DNA of 64,000 nt from Acidobacteriota bacterium (GCA_018971185.1 JAGXBH010000003.1:10815-74814), one strand, 5' to 3'; shown: positions 40,382 through 52,360, counted from the stretch's first letter. Numbers and translations are program-made. The notes: a model not told the origin generated them from the letters alone.

Positions 40382-41532
40382 CACTCCACGAGAACGCGCG
40401 GCACGCGCGCTCCGATGCCACAGAGGACCTCCCAGGTCACCGTCTGGCCCCACTCGGCCCAGTCCTCGGCGCTGAGGGACTCGTCCCCGCTCACGCCCAG
40501 CAGGACGACGTCGTCGCCGACGGCGACCTCGTCGTCGCCGCAGTTGATGAGCAGCTGATCCATCGTCACCATGCCGGCCAGTGGATAGCGGCGACCGTTG
40601 ATGAGCACGTAGGCCCCCGCGTCGAAGAGTCGACGCGGATAGCCGTCGGCGTAGCCGAAGGGCACGGTGGCGATCGTCGAGGGCGCGCTGAGCTCACGGT
40701 GGCGACCGTAGCTGGGTCGGTCACCGACCTCGCCACGGCGAGTCGCCACCACTTGGGCGCGCAGTGAGAGGGCCGGCCGGAGTGACGCGCCGCGTTCGGC
40801 CAGGGCCCGCGCCAGCCAGGGCGCGGGCAGGTAGCCGTAGAGGACCAGGCCGGGCCGCGCGAGGGTCGCGTGCGACGCCGGATGGCCGAGGACTCCGGCG
40901 GAGTTGGCCAGGTGCACGCTCGGCGGGTCGATCCCGTGCTGGCGCAACTCGCCGCGGACGCGGTTGAAGATGTCCACCTGGCGCGCCGTGAAGGCCTGGT
41001 CCGCGTCGTCGTCGCCGTCGGCGACCGAGAAGTGGGTGAAGATCCCCTCGAGTTCGAGCGCCGGGCAGTCGTGGAGTATCCGCGCCGCGCGCAGGGTCTC
41101 ACGGGGGTTGACCCCCTGTCGCAACATGCCCGTGTCGACCTTGAGGTGCACCCGGTGCACGCCCCCGAGTTCGGCGGCGGCGGTGGCCGCGGCCCGCGCG
41201 CCCTCGAGCGAGCCGATCGTCAACATCAGGTCGGACTCGAGCGCCGCGCGGATCGTGTCGCTCGGGATCTCCGACAACAGCAGGATCGGCGCGTCGATGC
41301 CGGCGTCACGCAGTTCGATCCCCTCGTCGATGATGGCCACCGCGAGGCAGTCCGCCCCGCCGGCGACCATGGCGCGCGCGGCCAGCACCGCACCGTGGCC
41401 GTAGCCGTTGGCCTTCACCACCGCGCAGACCTGGGTGGCGCCGAGCAGGTCGCGCACCACGGCGATATTGTGCGCGAGAGCCGACGCGGAGATCTCGGCC
41501 CACGCCGGACGGTGCATCCCCTCAGCCGGCAC
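40381..41532 (-). CDS. alr: Alanine racemase
   Basis: AVVKANGYGHG PLP lysine, HLKVDTGM, GYADG, TMDQ. Confidence 0.95.
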   Translation of the reverse strand: MPAEGMHRPAWAEISASALAHNIAVVRDLLGATQVCAVVKANGYGHGAVLAARAMVAGGADCLAVAIIDEGIELRDAGIDAPILLLSEIPSDTIRAALESDLMLTIGSLEGARAAATAAAELGGVHRVHLKVDTGMLRQGVNPRETLRAARILHDCPALELEGIFTHFSVADGDDDADQAFTARQVDIFNRVRGELRQHGIDPPSVHLANSAGVLGHPASHATLARPGLVLYGYLPAPWLARALAERGASLRPALSLRAQVVATRRGEVGDRPSYGRHRELSAPSTIATVPFGYADGYPRRLFDAGAYVLINGRRYPLAGMVTMDQLLINCGDDEVAVGDDVVLLGVSGDESLSAEDWAEWGQTVTWEVLCGIGARVPRVLVE

Positions 41533-41904
41533 GCGACGTCTCCGAGGACGCGACCACGAAGGCCGTGGCGGTGGTGGCGGTGTGCGAGAGCGAGACGTGC
41601 AGCGTCGCGACGCCCCGCGAGGTCGCCAGGTCGTGGGCCTCGGCGTGCAGGACGATCAACGGCGCGCCGCTCGGCGTGCGCTGCACCTCGATGTGACGCA
41701 ACGAGGCGTCACCCAACCCCGCACCCAACGCCTTGAGGACCGCCTCCTTGGCGGCGAATCGGGCGGCGAGGCGCTCGGGTCGGTCCTGGGTGTCGTGGCG
41801 CTCGCGCGAGGTGAAGAGGCGCTCGGCCATTCGCGGACGGCGGCGCAGCGCGAGGGCGAATCGCGCCACGTCCACCACGTCGACGCCCACCGCCACGGTG
41901 GCCA

Positions 41905-41908
<4 letters not shown>
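41522..41908 (-). CDS. acpS: Holo-[acyl-carrier-protein] synthase
   Basis: GVDVV, ARFAAKEA, SLSH. Confidence 0.93.
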
Positions 41909-43746
<1,838 letters not shown>

Positions 43747-43787
43747 GACCCAAGTCTACCGGCGACGCAATCGCCTCACCGGGGGAC

Positions 43788-45080
43788 CTACTGGCTGAAG
43801 TGCGTGCGCACCCTCGTCGTGAAGCGACCCACGAACGCCTCGTCCAGGGCCTCGACCATCACGCGGATCAGCGGCTCGGTGCCCGAACGTCGGATCAGTA
43901 GGCGCACGTCGTCGCTCGCCACGCTCATCTCGCGGCACTCCTCGTCGAACATGGCGCGCACTACCGCGTCATCGTACGCGTCCGTCGCGATGTTGATGAG
44001 GTCCTGGGGGACGCGCTGCCACGCCGCGTCACACTGCTCAGCGAGGGGTCCGAAGCGAGCGACGAGGTCCGCCACGAGCAGTCCGGTCAGCAGCCCGTCG
44101 CCGGTGGGGCTCAGGCGACGGAAGATGAGGTGGCCCGACTGCTCGGCGCCGAAGTCCCAACGTCGCTCCTCGAGGGCGGCGAGGATGTTGCGGTCGCCGA
44201 CGTCCGTCTCGACGACCTTCACCCCCCGTGCGCCCAGCGCCCGGTGCACCCCGAGATTGCTCATGACCGTGACGACGACGCCCTCGAGCTCGCCGCGCGC
44301 GTGCGAATCCAGGGAGAAGAGCACCGCGAGGTCGTCGCCGTTGCGCAGGACGCCCCGGGCGTCGACCGCGATGAGTCGGTCGGCGTCACCGTCGAAGGCC
44401 AGCCCCACGTCGGCGCCCAGTTCGACCACCGTTCGACGCAGGTCCTCGGGATGGGTCGATCCGCAGTGGAGGTTGATGTTGGTGCCGTTAGGGGCGTCGA
44501 ACAAGGTGGTGACCCGTGCCCCGGTCCCTTCGAAGAGTTCGTGGGCGACGTGCGAGGCGGCCCCGTTGGCGCAGTCCAGGACGAGATGCAGACCCGAGAG
44601 GTCGACGGGGACCAGTCGACGCAGGTGCTCGGCGTACTCGTGCTGTGCGTCGCGGTCGACCTCGACGTCCTCGAAGACCTCGCGACTGGGTCCCGCCGCC
44701 CGGTTGAGCGCCTCCTCGACGGCGGCCTCCGTCGCGAAGTCGAGCTTCGCGCCCCCCACACCCAGGACCTTCAGTCCGTTGTCGTAGTAGGGGTTGTGCG
44801 AGGCCGAGACCACGATGCCGGCCCCCCCGCGCGCTTTCGCGATGACGGCGACCCCGGGGGTGGTGAAGACGCCGAGGTTGTGGCCCTGCGCGCCGGCGTC
44901 GGCCAGGCCCGCCAGCACCGCGAGGGCGAGCACCGGTGAGCTCTCGCGCGTGTCGTAGCCCACGAAGACGGGCACGGAGAAGACCGATCCGACCGCGCGG
45001 CCGAGTCGATACGCCAAATCGACGGTGATCTCCTCGTACGCGCGTCCGCGGATTCCGTCCGTGCCGAAGTGCACGGCCAC
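43788..45080 (-). CDS. glmM: Phosphoglucosamine mutase
   Basis: FGTDGIRG, SASHNP, DGDAD, EQSGH, SGTEP. Confidence 0.94.
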   Translation of the reverse strand: MAVHFGTDGIRGRAYEEITVDLAYRLGRAVGSVFSVPVFVGYDTRESSPVLALAVLAGLADAGAQGHNLGVFTTPGVAVIAKARGGAGIVVSASHNPYYDNGLKVLGVGGAKLDFATEAAVEEALNRAAGPSREVFEDVEVDRDAQHEYAEHLRRLVPVDLSGLHLVLDCANGAASHVAHELFEGTGARVTTLFDAPNGTNINLHCGSTHPEDLRRTVVELGADVGLAFDGDADRLIAVDARGVLRNGDDLAVLFSLDSHARGELEGVVVTVMSNLGVHRALGARGVKVVETDVGDRNILAALEERRWDFGAEQSGHLIFRRLSPTGDGLLTGLLVADLVARFGPLAEQCDAAWQRVPQDLINIATDAYDDAVVRAMFDEECREMSVASDDVRLLIRRSGTEPLIRVMVEALDEAFVGRFTTRVRTHFSQ

Positions 45081-45085
45081 GGTCC

Positions 45086-45478
45086 TTATCGCTTCGAGTA
45101 CTGGGGCGCCTTGCGGGCCTTCTTGAGACCGTACTTCTTGGTCTCCTTCTTGCGGGCGTCACGGGTCAGGAGGCCCGCCTTCTTCAGCGTCGAGCGCAAC
45201 TCCTCGTCGAGCTCGAGCAGCGAGCGCGCGATGCCGAGGCGCAGCGCGCCGGCCTGTCCGGCCACGCCGCCGCCCTCGATCGTGGCGTCCACGTCGTAGG
45301 TCTCGACGGTCTCGGTCAGGCGCATGGGCTCCATCACCATCTGTCGGTGGGTCGCCGAGGTGAAGTAGTTGTCGAAGGAACGGGCGTTGATGGTAATCGT
45401 CCCGGTGCCGGGACGAAGCCGGACACGGGCGACGGCCTCCTTGCGGCGGCCGGTGGACTGGGTCAACGGGGTGGTCAC
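45086..45478 (-). CDS. rpsI: 30S ribosomal protein S9
   Basis: TGRRK, GQAGA, PQYSKR. Confidence 0.97.
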   Translation of the reverse strand: MTTPLTQSTGRRKEAVARVRLRPGTGTITINARSFDNYFTSATHRQMVMEPMRLTETVETYDVDATIEGGGVAGQAGALRLGIARSLLELDEELRSTLKKAGLLTRDARKKETKKYGLKKARKAPQYSKR

Positions 45479-45490
45479 GTGAGGATCTCC

Positions 45491-45937
45491 TTAGCCGCGG
45501 CGAATCGCCGAGGTGTCGAACTGCGAGGGCTGCTGCGCGGCGTGGGGGTGCTCGGCGCCGGCGTAGACGAAGAGCTTGCCCATCTGAGCGCGCCCCAGAC
45601 GGGTCTTGGGCACCATCCCCTTGACCGCGTCATAGACCAGGGCCTCGGGATCGGTGTCCATGAGGGCCTGCCACGACGTCGAGCGCAGACCACCCGGGTA
45701 GCCCGAGTGACGGTAGCGGAAGTTCTGCTGCGCCTTGTTGGCGGTCACCACCACCTTGTCGGCGTTGACGATGATCACGAAGTCACCCGTGTCAAGGTGT
45801 GGGGCGAAGTAGGGACGGTGCTTGCCTCGCAGCAGTGACGCGGCCACGGTCGCGACACGGCCCAGCACCAGTCCTTCGGCGTCGATGACGCGCCACTCAC
45901 GCGTGATCTCTTTTTCCTTCGGTGAGTACGTGCGCAC
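45491..45937 (-). CDS. rplM: 50S ribosomal protein L13
   Basis: RTYSPK, LRGKH, HSGYPGG, HPHAAQ; start at GTG 45937. Confidence 0.96.
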   Translation of the reverse strand: MRTYSPKEKEITREWRVIDAEGLVLGRVATVAASLLRGKHRPYFAPHLDTGDFVIIVNADKVVVTANKAQQNFRYRHSGYPGGLRSTSWQALMDTDPEALVYDAVKGMVPKTRLGRAQMGKLFVYAGAEHPHAAQQPSQFDTSAIRRG

Positions 45938-45990
45938 AGTTCTTCCTTCAGCGATCTCTTCGTGGCCCCCCGTCACGACGAGGGGACTTT

Positions 45991-46860
45991 TCATCTTACA
46001 AAACCCGAGGGCCCTCCGGCAAATGCGCTGTAACCGACCCCCACCAGGCTGAGCCCCGCCGCCGGGGCCAGAGAGGGTAGGTGCTCGCGCTCGTGGCTCT
46101 CAAGACGCTCGGGGATGGTGGACTCGGGGATCCTGCCCTGACCCACGGCGACGAGGGTGGCGGTGAGGCTGCGGACCATGTTGTGACAGAAACTCTGAGC
46201 GCGGATGGTGAAGCGCAGGGCCGGCGCCAACTCCGGACTCATCTGCCAGCCATCCTCGAGTCGTTCCCAGGCCGCGCTGATCACTCGGCGACGTAGGGGC
46301 GACCCCGGGTCGGACCCCTCCGGACGTCGACAGAAGGCGCGAAAGTCGTGGGTCCCCACCAAGTTCTCGCTGGCCCGGTTCATCGCCGCGAGGTCCAAAG
46401 GGCCCTGCACGGACCAGGCGAAAGTATCGTGCAGGGCGAGGGCCGGTGGCGCGGCCTCGAGCACCAGGTAGCGGTATTCACGCCACTGCGCCGAGAAGCG
46501 CGCGTGAAAACCCTCATCGACCACGTAGGCCTTCAACACGCGGATCTTGCCCCGCAGTTGGCGGTTGAGGGCGCGCATCAGTCGCTGCGCGTCGGGTCCC
46601 CCGCGTGAGGCGAAGAAGTCGCGCGGCAGGTCGACGTGGATGACCTGGGCGAAGGCGTGCACCCCGGCGTCGGTGCGCCCGGCGCCCACGATCGTGGGCT
46701 CCTCTTCGAGGCGCAGCGTGCTCGCGAGGGTCGCGCGAAGCAGACCGACCACGGTCGTGACCTCGGGCTGGTAGGCGAAGCCGTTCAGTCCCTGGCCGTC
46801 ATAGGCGATGTCCAGACGCCACCGCTGGGTGGCCGCCGGGGTCGACTCAGACGAACTCAA
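45991..46860 (-). CDS. truA: tRNA pseudouridine(38-40) synthase
   Basis: [27 protein letters not shown]; start codon uncertain (TTG 46860). Confidence 0.92.
   Translation of the reverse strand: MSSSESTPAATQRWRLDIAYDGQGLNGFAYQPEVTTVVGLLRATLASTLRLEEEPTIVGAGRTDAGVHAFAQVIHVDLPRDFFASRGGPDAQRLMRALNRQLRGKIRVLKAYVVDEGFHARFSAQWREYRYLVLEAAPPALALHDTFAWSVQGPLDLAAMNRASENLVGTHDFRAFCRRPEGSDPGSPLRRRVISAAWERLEDGWQMSPELAPALRFTIRAQSFCHNMVRSLTATLVAVGQGRIPESTIPERLESHEREHLPSLAPAAGLSLVGVGYSAFAGGPSGFVR
45993..46022 (-). promoter_or_regulatory. Putative sigma-A promoter for rplM-rpsI inside truA 3' end
   Basis: Minus strand TTGCCG-18 nt-TAAGAT. Confidence 0.55.
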
Positions 46861-47209
46861 TGCGCGCCATCGGGGCGTTATCACCCTGACGCGGCCCGAG
46901 CTTCAAGATGCGGGTGTAGCCGCCGGGACGCTCGCTATAGCGCGGCGCGATCTCGGCGAAGAGCTTGTGCGCCATGTCCTTGTCGCGGATGAACGCGACC
47001 ACCCGGCGCTGGGCGTGCACCGATCCCTCGGGGGAGTTCTTGGCGGCCGTGACCACCTTCTCGACGATGGGACGCAGGGCCTTGGCCTTGGCCTCGGTGG
47101 TCACGATCGCCTCGGCGGCGATCATGGACGCGACCAGGTTGCCCATCATCGCCTTCTGGTGGGCGCTGTCGCCCCCGAAACGCTTGCCCTTGGTGGGAGT
47201 TCCACGCAT
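46847..47209 (-). CDS. rplQ: 50S ribosomal protein L17
   Basis: TTEAKAK, RPGGYTRI, GDNAPM. Confidence 0.96.
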   Translation of the reverse strand: MRGTPTKGKRFGGDSAHQKAMMGNLVASMIAAEAIVTTEAKAKALRPIVEKVVTAAKNSPEGSVHAQRRVVAFIRDKDMAHKLFAEIAPRYSERPGGYTRILKLGPRQGDNAPMARIEFV

Positions 47210-47211
47210 GC

Positions 47212-48153
47212 TTAGTCCTCTACTCGCAGGGAGAGACCGCGCTCGTCGAGGCGGTCAGTGACGTCCTTCAACGACGTCTGGCCGAAATTGGTGATCGAGG
47301 TGAGGTCACGCTCGGTCGCGTTGACCAATTGGGCGATGGTGTTGATGCCGGCGCGCTTGAGGCAGTTGCGTGAACGCTCGGTCAGCCCGAGCTCCTCGAT
47401 GCGAATGTCGAGTTCGCTGGCCGCCGCCTGGGCGGTGCCCACGTCGCCGAGCTCCAGAGCCGGCGCCTCGGCGTCGAAGTTCGCGATGAGTTCGATCAGC
47501 GAGCCCAGCGTGTGCCCGGCCGAGGCGAGCGCCTCGCGGGGGCTGATGGACCCGTCGGTCTCGATCTCGATCACGAGGCGGTCGAAGTCCTTGGACTGCT
47601 CGACGCGCACCGGCTCGATCTCGAAACTCACGCGACGCACTGGGGTGAAGATCGCGTCCAGGGGGATCACGCCGATGGTCGACGAGCCCTTGTTGCCCTC
47701 GGCGCCGACGTAACCCTTACCGCGCTCCACCGTCAGGTCGAAGGTGAGGACGCTCTTGGGGCTCGTCAGGTAGGCGAGGTGCAGGTCGGGATTGAGGATC
47801 TCGACGTCCGCCGTGGTGGAGAGGTCCGACGCGAGGACCGGGCCCTCGCTGCGCTTGTCCAGGCGCAACACGACCGGCTCGTCGCTGTGGACGACCAGGA
47901 GGAGGTCCTTCAGGTTCAGACAGATGTCCTGGACGTCCTCCTTCACGCCCTCGATCACCCCGAACTCGTGCAGCACCGCGTCGAACTTCACCCGCGTCGC
48001 CGCGGCGCCGGGGATGGACGAGAGGAGGGTACGCCGTAGCGAGTTGCCGAGCGTGTGGCCGAAGCCGGGGTCGAGCGGCCCGATGCCGAAGGACTGACGG
48101 TGGTTGACCTCTTCGCCGAGGGCTTCAATGGTGGGGCGTTGGATAATCAGCAT
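47212..48153 (-). CDS. rpoA: RNA polymerase alpha subunit
   Basis: GHTLGNSLRR, LHEF, RSRNCLKRAGI, NFGQTS. Confidence 0.97.
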   Translation of the reverse strand: MLIIQRPTIEALGEEVNHRQSFGIGPLDPGFGHTLGNSLRRTLLSSIPGAAATRVKFDAVLHEFGVIEGVKEDVQDICLNLKDLLLVVHSDEPVVLRLDKRSEGPVLASDLSTTADVEILNPDLHLAYLTSPKSVLTFDLTVERGKGYVGAEGNKGSSTIGVIPLDAIFTPVRRVSFEIEPVRVEQSKDFDRLVIEIETDGSISPREALASAGHTLGSLIELIANFDAEAPALELGDVGTAQAAASELDIRIEELGLTERSRNCLKRAGINTIAQLVNATERDLTSITNFGQTSLKDVTDRLDERGLSLRVED

Positions 48154-48180
48154 GGGGACTCCTTGGGGGCTGAGGGACGA

Positions 48181-48825
48181 TTACTTCGAGTACAACTCGA
48201 CGATGAGCTGCTCTTTGATCGACTCATCGATCTGCTCACGCTGAGGGACGACGCGCACGGTGACGTTGAAGCCGTTGTCACCCGTCTCCAGCCAGCCCGG
48301 GACGGAGCGATCGAGGACGTCACGGTTGCGCACCACGTTGAAGTTCTCGCGGGTGACGTTCTTGAGCGCGACGACGTCACCGGGACGCACGCGAAACGAG
48401 GGGATCGTGACGCGCTTGGCGTTCACGGTGACGTGGCCGTGGCGCACCAACTGGCGCGCCTGGGCGCGCGAGGCACCCCACCCGGCGCGGTAGGCGACGT
48501 TGTCCAGGCGCAGCTCGAGGAACTGCAGGAGGTTCGTGCCGGTCATCCCGGGACGACGGCTGGCCTCCTCGTAGAGGTTGCGGAACTGCTTCTCCAGGAG
48601 GCCGTAGATACGACGAGCCTTCTGCTTCTCGCGCAACTGGCCCAAGTACTCCGAGCCCTGACGCTGACGGGCGTTACCGTGCATTCCCGGCGGGAACGCG
48701 CGCTTCTGGCGGTCCGAGTTCTCCGCGACGGGGCACTTCATGGTGTGACAGCGCTCCCCCTTGAGGTAGAGCTTGGTGCGCTCACGGCGACAGAGTCGGC
48801 AAACGGGTCCTGTATAACGAGCCAT
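48181..48825 (-). CDS. rpsD: 30S ribosomal protein S4
   Basis: MARYTGPVCRLCRRE, LELRLDN, IVELYSK. Confidence 0.96.
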   Translation of the reverse strand: MARYTGPVCRLCRRERTKLYLKGERCHTMKCPVAENSDRQKRAFPPGMHGNARQRQGSEYLGQLREKQKARRIYGLLEKQFRNLYEEASRRPGMTGTNLLQFLELRLDNVAYRAGWGASRAQARQLVRHGHVTVNAKRVTIPSFRVRPGDVVALKNVTRENFNVVRNRDVLDRSVPGWLETGDNGFNVTVRVVPQREQIDESIKEQLIVELYSK

Positions 48826-48833
48826 GATCTTCC

Positions 48834-49229
48834 TTAGCCTCGACGACGCTTCTTGGGGCGGCAGCCGTTGTGGGGTAGTGGGGTGACGTCCTTGATCGCC
48901 ACCACTTCGATTCCCGCGGCGGCGATCGAGCGGATCGCGGTCTCGCGACCCGATCCCGGTCCGCGCACGAGGACGTCGACCTTCTTGACACCGTGCTCGA
49001 TGGCCGCACGCGCGCACTTCTCCGCCGCGAGCTGCGCCGCGTAGGGCGTGGACTTGCGAGAGCCCTTGAAGCCCACCTGACCCGACGAGGCCCACGACAG
49101 CACGTTGCCCTCAGGGTCGGTGATCGAGACGATGGTGTTGTTGAAGGAGCTCTTGATGTGCGCCACGCCGAAGGCGACGTTCTTACGCTCCTTCTTTCGG
49201 GTCTTGCGGACTGCGGTGGGCTTGGCCAT
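48834..49229 (-). CDS. rpsK: 30S ribosomal protein S11
   Basis: [22 protein letters not shown]. Confidence 0.97.
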   Translation of the reverse strand: MAKPTAVRKTRKKERKNVAFGVAHIKSSFNNTIVSITDPEGNVLSWASSGQVGFKGSRKSTPYAAQLAAEKCARAAIEHGVKKVDVLVRGPGSGRETAIRSIAAAGIEVVAIKDVTPLPHNGCRPKKRRRG

Positions 49230-49606
49230 TACTTCGTAACCTTCTTCTTACCGGCGACGGTGCGCTTGGGACCCTTGCGGGTACGGGCGTTGGTGCGGGT
49301 GCGCTGGCCGCGGACCGGCAGGCCCTTACGGTGACGGATCCCCTGGAGGCAGTTGATCTCCATCTTGCGCTTGATGTCCTGGGCGACGTCACGGCGCAGG
49401 TCTCCCTCGACGGTGACGTTCTGGTCGATGTAGGCGCGCAACTTGTTGACGTCGGCGTCCGACAGGTCCTTCACGCGGGTGGACTCGTCGACACCGGTGG
49501 CGGCGCAGATCTGCTGCGCCGTGGTGGGTCCCACCCCGAAGATGTACGTCAACGAGATCACCGTCCGCTTCTCGCGGGGGATGTCGACTCCGGCAATACG
49601 GGCCAT
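49229..49606 (-). CDS. rpsM: 30S ribosomal protein S13
   Basis: [17 protein letters not shown]. Confidence 0.97.
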   Translation of the reverse strand: MARIAGVDIPREKRTVISLTYIFGVGPTTAQQICAATGVDESTRVKDLSDADVNKLRAYIDQNVTVEGDLRRDVAQDIKRKMEINCLQGIRHRKGLPVRGQRTRTNARTRKGPKRTVAGKKKVTK

Positions 49607-49618
49607 ATTCTTCCTCTC

Positions 49619-49732
49619 CTAGCCCTGGCGCTGCTTGTGACGCGGGTTCTCGCAGATCACGCGGACGTGACCAGCACGGCGAATGACTTTGCACTTCTCA
49701 CACATGGTCTTGACGCTGGCGCGAACCTTCAT
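49619..49732 (-). CDS. rpmJ: 50S ribosomal protein L36 (zinc-ribbon form)
   Basis: Manually translated, below ORF-track cutoff: [37 protein letters not shown]. Confidence 0.96.
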   Translation of the reverse strand: MKVRASVKTMCEKCKVIRRAGHVRVICENPRHKQRQG

Positions 49733-49765
49733 GTCGTTTCTTTCTCGAACTCTCTGGAACGTGAG

Positions 49766-49990
49766 TTATTTGTAGCGGTAGGTGATGCGACCGCGAGTCA
49801 TGTCGTAGGGCGTGATCTCAACTTGGACCTTGTCCCCGGGCAGGATGCGAATGCGGTGCATGCGCATCTTCCCCGAACTGTGGGCGAGGACGGTGTAGCC
49901 GTTCTCCAGTTCGACGCGGAACATGGCGTTGGGAAGTGGCTCGACGACGGTACCCTCTACGGTGAACGCGTCTTCCTTTGGCTTACTCAG
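49766..49990 (-). CDS. infA: Translation initiation factor IF-1 (probable CTG start)
   Basis: [28 protein letters not shown]; AAGGAG 7 nt upstream of CTG at 49990. Confidence 0.93.
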   Translation of the reverse strand: MSKPKEDAFTVEGTVVEPLPNAMFRVELENGYTVLAHSSGKMRMHRIRILPGDKVQVEITPYDMTRGRITYRYK

Positions 49991-50072
49991 GTTCTTTCTC
50001 CTTATTGCGATACTGCGACGTGAGGGAGCACGGAACTCCCTGACGATTGACCCCACAAGAGGTCGGCTGACT

Positions 50073-50100
50073 ATTCTACCGAATTTTTCCGAGAATGCAA
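50073..50100 (-). promoter_or_regulatory. Putative sigma-A promoter for infA-rpmJ-alpha operon
   Basis: Minus strand TTGCAT-16 nt-TAGAAT in an AT-rich patch. Confidence 0.6.
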
Positions 50101-50132
50101 AAACGGCGACCAGCTCAACACGAAAGGCCGAC

Positions 50133-50202
50133 GCCACGGTGGCTCCGTGCCACGACGCCTCAGTGCCACGGGTTCCCGGGCCACGGGTCCACGGGCCACC
50201 CC
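50133..50202. repeat. Degenerate GCCAC(G) repeats with 15-16 nt period
   Basis: GCCAC at 50133, 50149, 50165, 50180, 50195. Confidence 0.5.
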
Positions 50203-50218
50203 GGGGACGCCCTTCACC

Positions 50219-50737
50219 TCAGCGGGCGTCCTCCCCGTGGGCGCCGTCGCCTCCGCGGTGCCCCGTCAGGAGTTCGACGACGGCCATCGCGTCCCTGCCG
50301 GGGCCGGCCACGACCTCCACGTCCTGTGAGCTCACGGGTGCGCCGCACTCCTCACAGGTCAGCGCCAAATGCGACTTATGGCCGCAGGACCGGTGGATCA
50401 GCTCGACCGGCGGACCCGAGGGTGCGGCGTACTTGTCGCCCCACTGGCGCATGGTGGTGAGGATCGGCCAGAGGTCGCGGCCCTTAACCGTGAGCACGTA
50501 CTCATCACGCGGTGGGTGATCACTGTAGGGAACGCGCGAGAGCACCCCCGCGTCGACCAACGAGACCAGGCGGTCACGAAGGATGTTGCGAGAGATGCCG
50601 AGGCGCCGCTGAAAGTCCTCGAATCTGCTCACCCCCCGGAAGGCATCGCGGATGATGAGCATGCTCCACCACTCGCCCACGACCTCGAGGCACTGGGCCA
50701 CCGAGCAGTCCATCTGCGCGAAGCTCTTCCTCTCCAT
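50219..50737 (-). CDS. HxlR family winged-helix regulator
   Basis: CSVAQCLEVVGEWWSMLIIRDA, QWGD, C-terminal HRSCG...CEECG; TAGGAT 6 nt before ATG 50737. Confidence 0.92.
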   Translation of the reverse strand: MERKSFAQMDCSVAQCLEVVGEWWSMLIIRDAFRGVSRFEDFQRRLGISRNILRDRLVSLVDAGVLSRVPYSDHPPRDEYVLTVKGRDLWPILTTMRQWGDKYAAPSGPPVELIHRSCGHKSHLALTCEECGAPVSSQDVEVVAGPGRDAMAVVELLTGHRGGDGAHGEDAR

Positions 50738-50743
50738 CACCAC

Positions 50744-50801
50744 ATCCTAGTCAGTTGCATTATGAAACTCAATTCACTATAGTGAGTTTCATGACAGAAC
50801 T
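50744..50801. promoter_or_regulatory. Divergent leaderless promoters with two AGTT-N9-AACT operators
   Basis: Plus strand TTGCAT(50755)-17-TATAGT(50778); minus strand TAGGAT(50749-50744); palindromes at 50753-50769 and 50785-50801. Confidence 0.75.
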
Positions 50802-52296
50802 ATCCGACGTCCCCGTCTCCGCCGCGAAGACGGGTCGCTTCGCCCGAATGATCTTCGCCGTCACCGCCCTGGGCGCCTTCATGGCGTCGCTCGACCTCTC
50901 GATCGTCAACGTCGCGTTCCCGGCCCTGGAGCGTGGTTTCCCCCACGACCCTCGTGCCAGTCTCGCCTGGGTGCTGACGAGTTACGCCATCGTCTTTGGA
51001 TCGCTCCTGGTCGTCGCCGGGCGCACCGCGGACCGGCTCGGCAGCCGACGCGTCTTCTTCCTCGGCCTGAGTGTCTTCTGCCTAGGTTCTCTCCTGTGCG
51101 CCGTCGCGCCCTCGGTCCCCACCCTGATCGCCGGTCGGGTGATCCAGGGAGTGGGGGCCGCCGCCCTCCTCCCGTCCTCGCTCTCGCTCCTCCTCGCGTC
51201 CTACTCCCGCGAGCGCCGCAATCAGGTCGTCGCCCTGTGGGGCGGCATCGGCGCACTGGCGATCGCCACGGGTCCGTCGCTCGGCGCTCTCCTCATCACG
51301 AGCTTCGGGTGGCGGGCGGCCTTCTACGTCAACCTCCCCATCGGCCTCGTCGCCCTCCTGGTGGGTCGACGCGTCCTCGACGAGACCGAGGGGTCGGGAT
51401 CGTCGAGCCGCCCTGACTACGTCGGCGTCGTCCTGGTGAGCGTGTCGCTCGCCTCCCTGGTGCTCGCCATCACCGAAGGTCCCACGTGGGGCTGGACCAG
51501 CGCCGGCACCCTTCTCAGCGTCACCTCCTCGATCCTGCTCGGAGCAGTGTTCCTGCGTCGCTCCTCGCGCCACGACGAGCCGGTCCTCGACCTGCGGCTC
51601 TTTCGCACCCGCACCTTCAGCGTCGCCAACACCGTGACGCTGTTGTACTCGATGGGCTTCTTCGCGATGCTGCTCGGCAACATCTTGTTCCTGACGAGTG
51701 TCTGGCATTACTCGATCATCGACGCGGGACTCGCGGTGACCCCCGGACCCCTCGTCGTCGCGGCCGTGTCCGGCCCGGCGGGCCGACTGGCCGGTCGCTT
51801 CGGCTTCCGGCGGATCCTGATGATCGGGTTCGCCGTCTTCGCCGCCGGACTGATCTGGTACGTGTGGCGCGTGAGCGTCGCGGCGGACTTCGTGCGCGTA
51901 TGGCTCCCCGGGACGATCATCGTCGGGGTCGGCATCGGCCTCACCTTCCCGGTCATCAGCGCTGCGGCGGTGTCGAGTCTGGACCCCGCGCGTTACGCCG
52001 TCGGCAGCGCGGTGAATCAGACGGCCCGCCAGATCGGCGGTGCACTGGGCGTCGCGATCCTCGTCGTGATCCTGGGCGCCCCGAGGACCCACGCGCAAGC
52101 CCTCCAAGGATTCGAACACCTCTGGTGGTTCGTCGCGGCCATGGCCGGCGCCGCCGGAGTGACGGCCACGCTCCTGGGTCCGCGCGCGTCAGCGCCCTCG
52201 ACGTGTGGAGTCGCGACGGCCGAGGCGACATCGCTCGACCCTCACCCCGCGGGAACCCCGGGAACTCGCGATCACTGCGGTGTCACACGTTCGTAA
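50791..52296 (+). CDS. MFS DHA2 (14-TM) efflux transporter
   Basis: LDLSIVNVAFP, GRTADRLGSRR, RVIQGVG, FYVNLPIG, RQIGGALG. Confidence 0.92.
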   Translation: MTELSDVPVSAAKTGRFARMIFAVTALGAFMASLDLSIVNVAFPALERGFPHDPRASLAWVLTSYAIVFGSLLVVAGRTADRLGSRRVFFLGLSVFCLGSLLCAVAPSVPTLIAGRVIQGVGAAALLPSSLSLLLASYSRERRNQVVALWGGIGALAIATGPSLGALLITSFGWRAAFYVNLPIGLVALLVGRRVLDETEGSGSSSRPDYVGVVLVSVSLASLVLAITEGPTWGWTSAGTLLSVTSSILLGAVFLRRSSRHDEPVLDLRLFRTRTFSVANTVTLLYSMGFFAMLLGNILFLTSVWHYSIIDAGLAVTPGPLVVAAVSGPAGRLAGRFGFRRILMIGFAVFAAGLIWYVWRVSVAADFVRVWLPGTIIVGVGIGLTFPVISAAAVSSLDPARYAVGSAVNQTARQIGGALGVAILVVILGAPRTHAQALQGFEHLWWFVAAMAGAAGVTATLLGPRASAPSTCGVATAEATSLDPHPAGTPGTRDHCGVTRS

Positions 52297-52310
52297 CACG
52301 TAGTGAAAAA

Positions 52311-52324
52311 GTGACCGCTGGCCC
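52311..52324. promoter_or_regulatory. Putative DosR/DevR-type box
   Basis: GTGAC-CGCT-GGCCC resembles the GGGAC-N4-GNCCC core; ~37 nt upstream of the operon containing the DevR-like regulator. Confidence 0.45.
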
Positions 52325-52360
52325 TAGTAGCCATTTCCGGGCCGCGACCATGCTGGAGCG

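Noticed and set aside
43747-43790. Possible glmS ribozyme
   Set aside because: The gap is only 41 nt and has a -10 hexamer 6 nt before the ATG; there is no room for the ribozyme.
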